Shown: positions 31,028 through 41,394 of the stretch, piece after piece
How positions within the stretch are numbered: position 1 is the first letter of the stretch
How the letters are laid out: every line of letters starts with the position of its first letter
DNA from: an uncultured Acidobacteriota bacterium
Lineage (GTDB): Bacteria > Acidobacteriota > UBA6911 > RPQK01 > JAPXNP01
Reading direction: 5' to 3'
Assembly (NCBI GenBank): GCA_963777605.1
Contig: CAVZRV010000008.1
Span: forward strand, 288,001 to 352,000
DNA: 64,000 nucleotides
Made by a program: the position numbers and the translations under genes
Notes under the pieces: model-generated
Told to the model about the DNA's origin: nothing
Databases searched by the model: none
The model's input: the letters and a program-made list of their open reading frames with translations, nothing else

Positions 31028-32455
31028 ATGGCTGATATCGACAAGGAACTGGTCAAAACCATTGCGAACCGCGTGATTGCCGAACTTGGGCGCAGCGGCG
31101 CCACCGATCCGCCGCCTGCTTCGGGTTCCGGCGACGGAATCTTCGATCGAGCTGCGGACGCGATTCAGGCAGCCGTGGTCGCCCAGCAGGTCTGGGCGCG
31201 AACCCCAATGGCGGCCCGGGATAGAGTGATCTCCCGGCTTCGCGCCGCGATGCACGAGCACGCCGACGAGTTCTCGCGCATGGCCCAGCAGGAAACCGGC
31301 ATGGGCCGTGTTGCCGACAAGATCCTCAAACATCACAACGCCGCCGCCGCCACCCCGGGGATCGAAGATCTGACCTCCCGGTCTTTTTCGGGCGACCAGG
31401 GGCTGGTCGTGGAAGAGTACGCCCCGTACGGGGTCGTGGCGGCCGTGACCCCGTCAACGCACCCCATTCCGGTGTTGCTCAACAGCATTATTATCATCAC
31501 GGCTCCGGGAAACGCGGCCGTCTTCAGCGTTCACCCGGCCGCCAGCCAGGTCTCAGCGCACGCTATGGCGATCTTCAACCGGGCCATTCGCGAGGCCGGT
31601 GGACCGCCAAACCTGGTTTCAATGATTCGGAAACCGACGATGGAGGCGGTCGATGAGTTGTTCCGGCACCCGGATGTCGCCTTGATCGCGGCAACGGGAG
31701 GGCCGGCCCTTGTTGCGGCAGCCTTCCGCTCAGGGAAGAAGGTTATTGCCGCCGGGCCCGGCAATCCGCCCGTCCTGGTAGACGAAACCGCTTCACTCTC
31801 CGCCGCTGCCCGGGAAATCATCCTCGGGGCCGGCTTCGACAACAACATCCTCTGCATCGCCGAGAAAGAGATCTTCGTGGTTGGTTCCGCCTTTGACGGC
31901 TTTGCCGCGGCGATGGAGCAGGCCGGTGCGGTTCGCCTGAACCGGCTCCAGATCCAGGCTCTGACCGAACGGGCCTTCATTTCTGAAGGACACGGCAAGT
32001 GGCGGGTCAACCGGGATCTGGTCGGCAAGAACGCGTCGGAACTGGCCAGGGCGGCAGGCCGCCTGACCATCTCGGAGGATGTTCGGATTCTGTTCGGTGA
32101 AACCGATTTCGATCATCCTTTCGTACAGGAAGAACAGATGATGCCCTTTCTTCCGGTCGTCCGGGTCAGGGATCCCCGAGAGGGCATCGAACTGGCAGTC
32201 CGCGCCGAGCATGGCTATCGGCATACGGCGATGATTCATTCGAACAACCTGGAAACCATTACGGAGTTCGCCAGGGCGGTGAACACGAGTATTGTGGTAG
32301 TCAACGGGTCGAGCCTGGCGGGCAATGGCCCGCCAGCGGGAGAAGGCTATTTCTCTCACACCATCTCCAGTCCGACCGGAGAAGGAGTCTGTACTCCGAG
32401 GGACTTTGCCAGGGTCCGCCGACTCTGTGTCAAGGGGGCGCTGCGAATTGTCTGA
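31028..32455 (+). CDS. Acylating aldehyde dehydrogenase (EutE/PduP family)
   Basis: ETGMG, TPSTHP, TGGP, AGPGNPP, FDNNILCIAEKE, EQMMP, HTAMIHS and PTGEG motifs. Confidence 0.92.
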   Translation: MADIDKELVKTIANRVIAELGRSGATDPPPASGSGDGIFDRAADAIQAAVVAQQVWARTPMAARDRVISRLRAAMHEHADEFSRMAQQETGMGRVADKILKHHNAAAATPGIEDLTSRSFSGDQGLVVEEYAPYGVVAAVTPSTHPIPVLLNSIIIITAPGNAAVFSVHPAASQVSAHAMAIFNRAIREAGGPPNLVSMIRKPTMEAVDELFRHPDVALIAATGGPALVAAAFRSGKKVIAAGPGNPPVLVDETASLSAAAREIILGAGFDNNILCIAEKEIFVVGSAFDGFAAAMEQAGAVRLNRLQIQALTERAFISEGHGKWRVNRDLVGKNASELARAAGRLTISEDVRILFGETDFDHPFVQEEQMMPFLPVVRVRDPREGIELAVRAEHGYRHTAMIHSNNLETITEFARAVNTSIVVVNGSSLAGNGPPAGEGYFSHTISSPTGEGVCTPRDFARVRRLCVKGALRIV

Positions 32456-32483
32456 GCTGCGGCTTCGTCCGGAACCTTCGATT

Positions 32484-32570
32484 TTCACCGCGAAGGCGCG
32501 ATGGGTGCCAAGATTCTTTGGGGTTGAAAACAATGAAACCTCTGCGTTCTTAGCGTCTTGGCAGTTCACT
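32484..32570. repeat. Intergenic palindromic element (CACCGCGAAGGCGCGA...CTCTGCGTTCTTAGCGTCTTGGCAGTT)
   Basis: Imperfect inverted repeat inside the BMC operon; family not identified. Confidence 0.35.
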
Positions 32571-32631
32571 GAATTGGATTTGAATCGTTCTTGACCTATT
32601 CATTCATTAACTGAGAAGTAAGGAGAAAACA

Positions 32632-32934
32632 ATGTCGAAAGAAGCATTGGGATTAATCGAGACTCGAGGTTTGGTGGGCGCGATTGAAGCGGCCGACGCG
32701 ATGGTCAAGGCTGCCCAGGTTGACTTGATCGGCAAGGAGCAGGTCGGCGGCGGCCTGGTCACGGTCATGGTTCGCGGTGATGTGGGTGCCGTCAAGGCCG
32801 CCACGGACGCGGGAGCGGCGGCGGCCGAAAAGGTCGGCGAGTTGGTCTCCGTTCACGTCATACCGAGGCCTCATGCCGACGTCGAGTCAATTCTGCCGGT
32901 CAAGGGTGCCGCCAAGGCGACTGCAACCAAGTAG
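32632..32934 (+). CDS. BMC hexamer shell protein (PduA/EutM-like)
   Basis: [24 protein letters not shown]...GDVGAVKAA...HVIPRPH; AAGGAG RBS. Confidence 0.96.
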   Translation: MSKEALGLIETRGLVGAIEAADAMVKAAQVDLIGKEQVGGGLVTVMVRGDVGAVKAATDAGAAAAEKVGELVSVHVIPRPHADVESILPVKGAAKATATK

Positions 32935-32949
32935 GAAGGACGATAAAAA

Positions 32950-33768
32950 ATGAGTTCCAGCCTTTACGGCCTCCGGCGAGAGATTGTCGAGGCAGGCAGG
33001 CGTATCTACAACCGAAACTTCGTTGCGGCCAACGATGGGAACATCAGTGCCCGCGTGGATTCACGCCGGGTGGTGATCACCCCGAGTGGCGTCAGCAAGG
33101 GCTTCATGAAGCCCGAGGACCTGATCGTTGTCGATTACGACGGGAACGTGCTCGAAGGGCGGAAGAAACCCTCTTCCGAACTCTTCATGCACTTGCAGAT
33201 CTTCAAGGACCGGCCCGACGTCAACGGAGTGGTTCACGCGCATCCCCCCAAGGCAACGGGTTTTGCCGTGGCGGGGATTCCGCTGACCCAGTGCGTCTTG
33301 CCGGAGGTCATCGTGACGCTCGGTGGGGTTCCCCTCGCTGAGTACGGGACCCCGGGTACGGAGGAGTTCTTCAAACCGGTGCTCAAGTACCTGCAGGATT
33401 ACGATGCCTTCCTGCTCGAAAATCACGGGGCTCTGACCATAGGTCCCGACGTGATGAGTGCCTATTATCGGATGGAGACCCTGGAGCACTTCGCACATAT
33501 CGCCATGGTGGCGATCCAACTTGGAAAGCTGCAGACGCTAAAGGAGGCCGATGTCCAAAAACTGATCGGCCTTCGGGAGCGCTTCGGCATCCAAACCAAG
33601 GTGTCCTGCGAACAGTGTGACAAGAGTCAGACTCCGCAGTGCCGGATCGGCAATTCCGGCGCGAGTGATCCGGTGCGGCCGCCAACTGCCGGCTCCCTTC
33701 AGGGAGTCGATCAGCGCGCCCTCGTAGAAGCCGTTACCGCGGCAGTGATGAGGCAAATCGGCAAGTAG
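32950..33768 (+). CDS. Class II aldolase (fuculose/rhamnulose-phosphate-aldolase-like) with C-terminal encapsulation peptide
   Basis: DGNIS, ITPSG, PSSE..MH, VHAHP and LENHG motifs; C-terminal ALVEAVTAAVMRQI. Confidence 0.9.
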   Translation: MSSSLYGLRREIVEAGRRIYNRNFVAANDGNISARVDSRRVVITPSGVSKGFMKPEDLIVVDYDGNVLEGRKKPSSELFMHLQIFKDRPDVNGVVHAHPPKATGFAVAGIPLTQCVLPEVIVTLGGVPLAEYGTPGTEEFFKPVLKYLQDYDAFLLENHGALTIGPDVMSAYYRMETLEHFAHIAMVAIQLGKLQTLKEADVQKLIGLRERFGIQTKVSCEQCDKSQTPQCRIGNSGASDPVRPPTAGSLQGVDQRALVEAVTAAVMRQIGK

Positions 33769-33780
33769 AAGTCCCGTTCG

Positions 33781-33816
33781 GAATTTGCGGCGGGCTTTCG
33801 GCTCGCCGCAAGATTC
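33781..33816. other. Strong intergenic hairpin between the aldolase and kinase genes
   Basis: GAATTTGCGGCGGGC-TTTCG-GCTCGCCGCAAGATTC; no clear U-tract. Confidence 0.5.
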
Positions 33817-33873
33817 CTGCTGGGGCTGGCACGTCGGTGGCCGGCAAAGACATTTCGTGATCTGGAAACCCCG

Positions 33874-35104
33874 ATGAAAATCATCGTTTGCAATATCGGA
33901 TCGACGAGTTTCAAGTTCCAGTTGATCGACATGGCCGACGAATCGGTCCTCGCCCGCGGATCGGCCGAGCGAGTCGGCAGCGAGTGTGCGACTGTCAACT
34001 ACCAGGCCGACCGGTCAGCCCTTCCTCCGTCGGGAACTACCCCTGGAGGGACATCGCAGTGCCGTGGAACATGCGCTCCGGTTTCTCACCGAAGGAGACG
34101 ACCCTCTCGTCTCCGATTTGAACGAGGTCGCTGCTGTCGGCTTCAAGACCGTTCAGGCGGGAGAGAAAAACGGATCCGTGCTCCTCGACGACGAGGTGCT
34201 GGAGGCCATGGAACGGTACCGCGACCTCGCCCCGGCACACAACCCGCCCTATCTCTCTGCGATCAGAATGTTCAGGGAGTTGCTTCCCGAAACCCCGCTG
34301 GTCGGCGTGTTCGAACCCGGTTTCCACTCCGGGGTTCCGGACTACGCGCAGATCTACGGGACGCCCTGGGACTGGATCGAGGAGCACCGCGTGAGACGTT
34401 ACGGATACCACGGGGCTTCCCATCGATTCGTCACCGGGGAAACGGTGCGTTTTCTGGGCCTTCCTCCTCGCGAGCATCGCATTATTTCCTGCCACCTGGG
34501 AGGCTCTTCTTCGATTTGCGCATTCAAGAACGGCGCTTCGATCGACACCTCGATGGGATTCACGCCCCAGACCGGCCTCATCCAGGGGACCAGAATTGGG
34601 GACATGGATCCATTTGTGCTGCCCTACGTGATGGCGCGAAAAGGCATTACGCTGGAACAGGCGCTTCAGGAATGTTCATTGAACGCCGGGCTGGCCGGCC
34701 TTTCCGGTACCTCGGGCGACATGCGGGACGTCAACTCCGCCATCGCCGACGGAAGCCGCCGGGCGCTGCTGGCCCGCCAGAAATTCATCTACGACATCAA
34801 GCGGTACATCGGTGAGTATCTCGTCCTGATGGAAGGAATCGATGCGATCGCCTTCACCGGCGGAATCGGACAAAAGGACCCCGAGTTGCGAGCCGAAGTC
34901 CTTTCCTCCCTGCGTTTCCTCGGTCTTTTACTGGACGAGGAAGCAAATCGGAACGATGCCCGCCTGATCACCCTGGCCGCGTCACGGATCAAAGGGCTGG
35001 TCCTCGAAACCAACGAGGAAATCATTGTCGCCCGCGAGACCGCTCGGGTGTTGACCGAACGTACAGCCTCCGGGTTCCCGGTTGTCGATCAATCGGCGAA
35101 GTAA
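33874..35104 (+). CDS. ackA: Acetate/propionate kinase, frameshifted near 34010
   Basis: N-terminal NIGSTSFKFQL in 33874 frame; APAHNP, RRYGYHGASH, CHLGGSSS, DTSMGFTP, FTGGIG and TNEE in 33986..35104. Confidence 0.88.
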
Positions 35105-37185
35105 CTTTCGGAGAGATACTCCTTCATCATCCTCCGGGTCGAGAAGTCCCAGATTGTTGAGCGGATCGCCTCCTTCATTCGGGCAACCCAACCGGTCGGG
35201 ATGTCGCTCTGGTCCCGCCGGTAAAAGAGCGGGACGATCTCCTCTTCGAGAAGGCTGTACATCGACTCGGCCGCAGACTCGTCGTCATAACCCTCGATTG
35301 CCCATCCGTTCTGGCCGTTGTAGCCCTCGCACCACCAGCCGTCCAGAATGCTGAAGTTGAGCACTCCATTGAGTGCGGCCTTCTGACCGCTGGTTCCGCT
35401 CGCCTCCTTGGGAGGTTCGGGGTTGTTCAGCCAGACGTCCACTCCGGCGACAAGGTTGTGTGCCACCTGCTTGTCGTAATTCTCGATGAAAGAGACCCGC
35501 CCCCCGAACTGAGGATTGGTGCAGACCTCGTACACCTGGCGGAGAAGGTACTTCCCCGGTTCGTCGGCAGGATGGGGTTTGCCGGCGAAGATGATCTGGA
35601 CCGGCCGCCATGGATTCAGGAGAATTCGCTTGAGTCGCTCAACGTCCCGAAGGATCAGGCTGGCCCGCTTGTAAGTCGCAAAACGTCGCGCGAATCCAAT
35701 CGTGAGCGCTTCCGGGGTCAGCAGCGTCCCCTGGGCCACCAATTGGCCGGCTGACTGCCCGTAGGCCATCCAGGCTTGCCGCGCCCGCAATCGCATAAAC
35801 CCAAAGAGCTTGGTCTTCAAAGCCTGGTGCGTCAGCCAGAGTTCCTCGTCGGACATCTCGGGAACCCGCTCCCAGATCGACTGGTCATCGAAGTCGGCCC
35901 GCCATTCTGACCCCAGGTAGCGATTGAACAGGGTCACCACGCCGCCGGAAAGCCAGGTCGGCACGTGAACTCCGTTGGTGACCGATCCGATTGGCACTTC
36001 CTGAACCGGTCGCTCGGGGTAGAGGAACCGCCACATCTCCCGCGAGACCTCCCCGTGCTTCTTGCTGACTCCGTTGACCTTCCTCGCAGTTTTCAGGGCC
36101 AGGATGGTCATGCTGAACGAGGACGACTCGTCACTGCTGCCGAGGCCGAGGAAGTTCTCCCGGTCGATTTCGAGGGCCTCCCAGAAGTGACGGAAGTGCT
36201 CCTCCATCATGTGGAACGGGAATTCATCGTGTCCGGCTTTGACCGGCGTGTGGGTGGTGAAGACCAGCTTGCGGCGAGCAGCCTGGACCGAATCGGAGAA
36301 GCTCAGCCCAGCCAGTCGTCCCTCCCGGATCAGTTCCAGGACGGCGAAAGCCGCATGCCCTTCGTTCAGATGGATGACCGTCGGGTCGTATCCCAACGCA
36401 CGCAAAGTCCGAACTCCGCCGATCCCGAGGACGATTTCCTGGCGCAGGCGGACCTCGTTGTCACCGCCGTAGAGACGGGCTACCAGGTCCCGGTCCCATG
36501 GTTCGTTCTCGGGAATATCGGAATCCAGCAGAAAGATCGAAACTCGTCCCACCTGGAGCCGCCACAGCGACACTTTCAGGGTCCGCCCATCGAGTGGCAC
36601 CGTGACAAGAAAGCGGGAACCGTCATCATTGAGCAAGGGCAGAAGTGGAGTGTGCTCGAGCCGCAGCCGCTCGTAAAAGACCTCCTGGCTGCCGTCAGCG
36701 GCAACCCGCTGTTTGAAATAACCTTCCGGGTAGAGAGCCCCGACGGCAACAAAGGGAATTCCCATGTCGCTGGCCTCCTTGCAGGTGTCACCCGCCAGGA
36801 GCCCAAGCCCGCCCGAGTAGATGGGAACGGACGTGTGTACTCCGAACTCGGCACAAAAATAGGCAACCTGTTCATTCGGCCGACCTGAGTAGTGTTGTGT
36901 GTACCAGGTTTCCTTTGACCCCATGTAGGCGTCGAAGCTCGCGACGGCCCGGTCGTACAGGTCGAGAAACGGCGCATGGTTAGCGGCAAATGCGAACACG
37001 TCCGGCGTGCATTCCTGGAGTATCCGAACAGGGTTCTGCGAAGTCCGGCGCCAGAGTGTTCTGTCGAGCATCCGAAAAAGGCGACGAACTTCGGGGTTCC
37101 AACACCACCAGAGGTTGTGAGCCAAATCAGTCAAGCGGCCGATTCGCTGGGGAACAGACTCGTACTCAGGTGTCTTTATCTGCAT
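35089..37185 (-). CDS. glgP: alpha-glucan (glycogen) phosphorylase
   Basis: LAHNLWW, YSGGLG, HLNEGH, FTTHTP, GFARRFATYKR and EASGTSGQK (PLP lysine) motifs. Confidence 0.95.
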   Translation of the reverse strand: MQIKTPEYESVPQRIGRLTDLAHNLWWCWNPEVRRLFRMLDRTLWRRTSQNPVRILQECTPDVFAFAANHAPFLDLYDRAVASFDAYMGSKETWYTQHYSGRPNEQVAYFCAEFGVHTSVPIYSGGLGLLAGDTCKEASDMGIPFVAVGALYPEGYFKQRVAADGSQEVFYERLRLEHTPLLPLLNDDGSRFLVTVPLDGRTLKVSLWRLQVGRVSIFLLDSDIPENEPWDRDLVARLYGGDNEVRLRQEIVLGIGGVRTLRALGYDPTVIHLNEGHAAFAVLELIREGRLAGLSFSDSVQAARRKLVFTTHTPVKAGHDEFPFHMMEEHFRHFWEALEIDRENFLGLGSSDESSSFSMTILALKTARKVNGVSKKHGEVSREMWRFLYPERPVQEVPIGSVTNGVHVPTWLSGGVVTLFNRYLGSEWRADFDDQSIWERVPEMSDEELWLTHQALKTKLFGFMRLRARQAWMAYGQSAGQLVAQGTLLTPEALTIGFARRFATYKRASLILRDVERLKRILLNPWRPVQIIFAGKPHPADEPGKYLLRQVYEVCTNPQFGGRVSFIENYDKQVAHNLVAGVDVWLNNPEPPKEASGTSGQKAALNGVLNFSILDGWWCEGYNGQNGWAIEGYDDESAAESMYSLLEEEIVPLFYRRDQSDIPTGWVARMKEAIRSTIWDFSTRRMMKEYLSESYFAD

Positions 37186-37278
37186 AATCCGTCAGTCCTT
37201 CGTTTGGTGAACCCGTACAGCGGTCCCATTCCGGGACATTGGAAGCGGCAAGCCATCCAAGAGGCGCAGTCAAATCGA

Positions 37279-37566
37279 TCAATCGAGGTCAAAGGGACGG
37301 GGTGGCGGCTCGTCGAGCTCGTCTTTGGATCGAAGTGCCTCCTCGAATTTCGCCTCGAGGCTGCTTTGGCGCTTCTTTTCATCGGCGAATGCTCTGGCGA
37401 AGATTTCGTCACTCTTCGTTTTCCGCTCCTTCTCTTGGCGGAGGGCGTCGTCAAACGAATACCCGGCCTTCTTTGCGTCTGAATGAATCACCAGCCCGGT
37501 CGTCGCGTCGATAATCAAACGCGCCTGACAGCAAGGGCAGGTTACTTCAAGTCTCTTCTTTTCCAT
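37279..37566 (-). CDS. Small hypothetical protein with CPCC zinc-ribbon-like N-terminus
   Basis: MEKKRLEVTCPCCQARLIID...charged helical region...PPRPFDLD. Confidence 0.65.
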   Translation of the reverse strand: MEKKRLEVTCPCCQARLIIDATTGLVIHSDAKKAGYSFDDALRQEKERKTKSDEIFARAFADEKKRQSSLEAKFEEALRSKDELDEPPPRPFDLD

Positions 37567-37726
37567 GTCGCCCAGTATCTCCGTTTCATCACATCCCGGG
37601 TGCTCTCTGTCCGGTGTGACAAGGGCAATGATCGACAGAATCTCCCACAATCTATACCACAAATCAAGGAGACCTCTGGGAACAGGAGGGATGATTGCCG
37701 GTCAACGTCGCGCTACACTCGGGCGT

Positions 37727-40057
37727 GTGAAGGAGGAAAGGGTCCCCCTGCCCATCGACGAACACCTCGAAGGAATCAGAGACTCCGTTCGCCGGCATGG
37801 GCGCCTCGTGCTGGTCGCACCGCCGGGAACGGGAAAGACGACACGGGTGGCGCCCGCTCTGCTGACGGACGGGCCGGTCATTCTGCTCCAGCCGAGGCGG
37901 GTTGCGGCGCGCGCCATCGCCCGAAGAATCGCGTTCGAGAATGGCTGGGACGTCGGACGACAGGTTGGCTGGCAGGTGCGATTCGAAAGGAACTTTGGCG
38001 TTGACACTCAACTGCTTCTGGCAACCGAAGGAATCTTGACTGCCCGGCTCCAGTCCGATCCTCTTCTGAGCGGTTTTCGAACCGTGATCCTCGATGAATT
38101 CCACGAGAGAACGCTTCATGCGGACCTTGGGCTCACCCTGGTGAAAGAGGCTTGCCTCGCCCGGCCGGATCTGCGCCTGGTCGTCATGTCAGCAACCCTC
38201 GACGGTGCCGCGGTCGCCCATTTCCTGGGTGACTGTCCCCTTGTTGAAGTTGAGACCCGGCACTATCCCGTTGAGATCCGTTACGACGAGCGAATGACTC
38301 CGGCCGACGCTGTGCGGGCGGTTGCTGCTCGCCCGGGCGGCCACATTCTCTGTTTTCTCCCGGGCAGTCCTGAGATCGCCAGGGTGTCGGCAGAGCTGGA
38401 GCGAGTGCCACCTTCCGGATCGGTCCGGGTTCTTCCGCTCCACGGGGGTCTCGATGCCGGCTCCCAGGACCGGGCCCTGGCTCCAAGCGTGGAACGCAAA
38501 GTGATCCTGGCGACGAATATTGCGGAAACTTCGCTCACCGTCGAGGGAGTCTCCGACGTCGTTGACAGCGGGTACCATAAGGTCTTGCGCTTCGATCCGG
38601 CCAGGGCGCTGGACCGCCTGGAGTTGGAACGCATCCCCTCGGATTCGGCGGAGCAGAGAGCGGGAAGAGCGGGTCGGGAAGGACCTGGCCGCGCGATCCG
38701 GTTGTGGGATCCCCGGATGAGGCTTCGACTGCGCCGGGAGCCGGAGATCCGGCGCGTGGACCTGGCCGGGCCGTTTCTGGACGTTCTGGCCTGGGGCGGG
38801 GACCCCGCGCGCCTCGATTGGTTCGAGGTTCCACCAACGGAACGAGCCGAGGCCGCCATGCGTCTGCTTGAGGATCTTCGCCTGGTCGATGACGGCCACC
38901 TGACCTCCTTGGGACAAATGGCGCATCAGTTGCCGCTCCACCCTCGTGTCGCCACGGTCCTCTTGGCGGCTGGGGCCACACCCCGAGCGGCACGAGTCTG
39001 CTCGCTGCTCTCGGAAGGCCCGGTCGGGCCGCCGGGCAACCTGGCCACGACCTGCGATCTGTTCTGGGCATCCGACAGTCCCGAGCGGCTTTCCCGGCAT
39101 CTGAACCGGGTCGCGGAAGAGCTCTTCCGAAGGGGCAGATCTGTCCAGGGGGGACGGGATCTGGACGAATCGGACGAACGCCTGCTCAAGGCACTGCTCG
39201 CGGGTTTTCCTGATCGGGTGGCTGAGCGCCGTGAAGCCGGATCCGACCGTCTCCTTCTGGCGCTCGGACACGGCGCTCGGCTGGCCCGGGAAAGTGGAGT
39301 TCACGAGGGCGAGTACCTGATTGCTCTCGAGTTGATCTCCACCAGCCGGACGGGGAGTGGGGAATCTCTGGTCAGCCAGGCAGCCATGGTCCGGAAGGAG
39401 TGGCTGACACCTACGTCAGAGTCACTGACTCACGAATTCGATCCGGAGACCGAATCGGTTCGAGCGACCAGGCGCGAGTGCTATCTGGAACTGGTCCTGA
39501 CCGAAAGGCCGGCCAAACCCGATCCGGAACAGGCTGCCCGGATCCTGGAACAGGTCCTGCGAAGTCGAGAACTGGACGAGACCTCTCTCCGCCTGCTCTC
39601 CAGAGCTGAGTTGGCAGGGATAGCGATCGACCTGGACCGAGTCCGCAGGCTTGCCTGCGTTGGACAGGTCCGGCTTCCACGGCTCGACCTGACCTGGGGA
39701 CTGGACCGGCACCAGGTCGAGGAGATCGACCGGCTCTGCCCCGAAAAAATCCGCGTGCCGAGTGGACGCAGCGTTCTGATCGACTACACCGGGGGGGAGG
39801 CCATTCTCCGGGTCAAGCTGCAGGAACTTTTCGGGATGATCGAATCTCCGCGGATAGGACATGCCCGGCGGGCGCTCCTGATTGAACTCCTCGCTCCCAA
39901 CCAGCGACCGGTGCAGAGGACCCGGGACCTGCACAGCTTCTGGGCCAACACGTACCCTCAGGTTCGCAAGGAGCTCCGCGGCCGCTATCCCAGGCACCCC
40001 TGGCCGGAGGATCCCTGGACGGCTCATCCCACGGCCCGGACGAAGCCTCGAAAATGA
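37727..40057 (+). CDS. hrpB: ATP-dependent helicase HrpB
   Basis: PPGTGKTT, QPRR, DEFHER, MSAT, ATNIAETSLT, QRAGRAGR, KLQELFG and KELRGRYPRHPWPEDP; start position approximate. Confidence 0.92.
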   Translation: MKEERVPLPIDEHLEGIRDSVRRHGRLVLVAPPGTGKTTRVAPALLTDGPVILLQPRRVAARAIARRIAFENGWDVGRQVGWQVRFERNFGVDTQLLLATEGILTARLQSDPLLSGFRTVILDEFHERTLHADLGLTLVKEACLARPDLRLVVMSATLDGAAVAHFLGDCPLVEVETRHYPVEIRYDERMTPADAVRAVAARPGGHILCFLPGSPEIARVSAELERVPPSGSVRVLPLHGGLDAGSQDRALAPSVERKVILATNIAETSLTVEGVSDVVDSGYHKVLRFDPARALDRLELERIPSDSAEQRAGRAGREGPGRAIRLWDPRMRLRLRREPEIRRVDLAGPFLDVLAWGGDPARLDWFEVPPTERAEAAMRLLEDLRLVDDGHLTSLGQMAHQLPLHPRVATVLLAAGATPRAARVCSLLSEGPVGPPGNLATTCDLFWASDSPERLSRHLNRVAEELFRRGRSVQGGRDLDESDERLLKALLAGFPDRVAERREAGSDRLLLALGHGARLARESGVHEGEYLIALELISTSRTGSGESLVSQAAMVRKEWLTPTSESLTHEFDPETESVRATRRECYLELVLTERPAKPDPEQAARILEQVLRSRELDETSLRLLSRAELAGIAIDLDRVRRLACVGQVRLPRLDLTWGLDRHQVEEIDRLCPEKIRVPSGRSVLIDYTGGEAILRVKLQELFGMIESPRIGHARRALLIELLAPNQRPVQRTRDLHSFWANTYPQVRKELRGRYPRHPWPEDPWTAHPTARTKPRK

Positions 40058-40368
40058 CGGAGTGATGAATCATTGAATCCAGGAACCCCGAATGGCCAGT
40101 CGCGAACTGAAAGTGCGAAATAGAATCCGTCCCTGCGATCAGGCAAGACTTCCGCACTACGGCTGTCGCGAAAGGAGGCAACGGAAGCATTCGCTTCCTG
40201 AAGACAATCGCAACTGGTTGACGCCGGGAGAAAGCGGAAGCTGCCGCTTCGCGCACTTCCATATCGGGCGTGCGACTTTCCCCCGTCGATCGATCCTGAG
40301 AATCCAAGTCCTGCGCCCGGCCGGGCAGAGGCTCGGACACCTCGGCAGACGTTCAGACCCGGAAGGGG

Positions 40369-41286
40369 CTAAATCATCAGCAGGCGGTCGATCCGCTTGC
40401 TGACGTCGGTCAGGTAGGCGAGGTCACCCGCGTCGAGTTCGGCGATCACGGTGCCTTCGTAGCCGATTTCGTCCAGGGCCTTGCGGACTTCGGGCCAGTC
40501 GATGTCGCCGTCGCCAAGGTTGACGAACTCCGCGCTGAAGGGGCTGAACCCGGTGGTCATCACCTTGAAGTCTTTAAGGTGAACCTTCTTGATTCGGTGG
40601 CCCAACGTGCGGATCCAGTCCTGCGGGTAGCCAAAGATGACCACGTTCCCGACGTCGAAGTAGGCTCGGACCCAGGGGCTCTTGAACTCGTCAACGTAGT
40701 TGGCGAATTCCATCGGGCTCAGGAGGAACTTGTTCCAGACCTCCTCGACCGCGATGGCTACCTTCAGTTCTTCGGCAAGGGGGATCAGTTCCCGGATGTG
40801 TCTCTGAGAGCGCTCGTAGGCGGTCCGGTAAGGAGTTGCGGCATCGACCACGGCGGGGACCAGCAGCACGGCGTCGGCTCCCCACAGCGAGGCGTTGCGA
40901 AGCGACGTGCGCATGCCGTCGAGGCTCTTCTTGACGACCTCGGGATCTCCGCTCGAGAGGGGGTAGGGCCAGTGGGCCTGGTTCATCACGGAACTGAGGC
41001 GGATCCCGGCTTTCTCCGCCGCCGTCTTGATTTTCTCCGCCTCGCGCGGGTCTTCGACGGTATACCCTTCGACCACCTCGAAGCCCGCATCCGCGGCGAG
41101 CTTCAACCGCTCGTCGTAGCTGAGCTCTTCGGGCAGCATGCCCCACACCACGCCCTTGGTGAGCTTGGCCTTCTTTGGAACGGCCATCGCCGGAGGAGCA
41201 CCGGCCAGGGAACTTATGATTCCCGCACCCGCAACCACGGCACCAGAAGTCTTGAGAAAATCTCGACGAGAAGATTCGTTATTCAT
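40369..41286 (-). CDS. Tat-exported sugar-phosphate isomerase/epimerase (xylose-isomerase-like TIM barrel)
   Basis: SRRDFLK Tat motif; EEVWNKFL, FDVGN, HLKD and LGDGDIDW motifs. Confidence 0.88.
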   Translation of the reverse strand: MNNESSRRDFLKTSGAVVAGAGIISSLAGAPPAMAVPKKAKLTKGVVWGMLPEELSYDERLKLAADAGFEVVEGYTVEDPREAEKIKTAAEKAGIRLSSVMNQAHWPYPLSSGDPEVVKKSLDGMRTSLRNASLWGADAVLLVPAVVDAATPYRTAYERSQRHIRELIPLAEELKVAIAVEEVWNKFLLSPMEFANYVDEFKSPWVRAYFDVGNVVIFGYPQDWIRTLGHRIKKVHLKDFKVMTTGFSPFSAEFVNLGDGDIDWPEVRKALDEIGYEGTVIAELDAGDLAYLTDVSKRIDRLLMI

Positions 41287-41394
41287 GGAAATCTTTCCTT
41301 CCGCAGGAGTTGTTGAGCAAAATTCTACCCCACAAGGTACACCCTTTGAATCTTCCGCGCGTAGCGGGAGGGGCGCCGCTGACCTGAAACTTCA

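Noticed and set aside
12706-37185. Incomplete glycogen pathway (no treS/mak, glgA or glgC) and stand-alone trpB2 as novelties
   Set aside because: Missing genes can lie outside the window, and stand-alone TrpB2 is well known.
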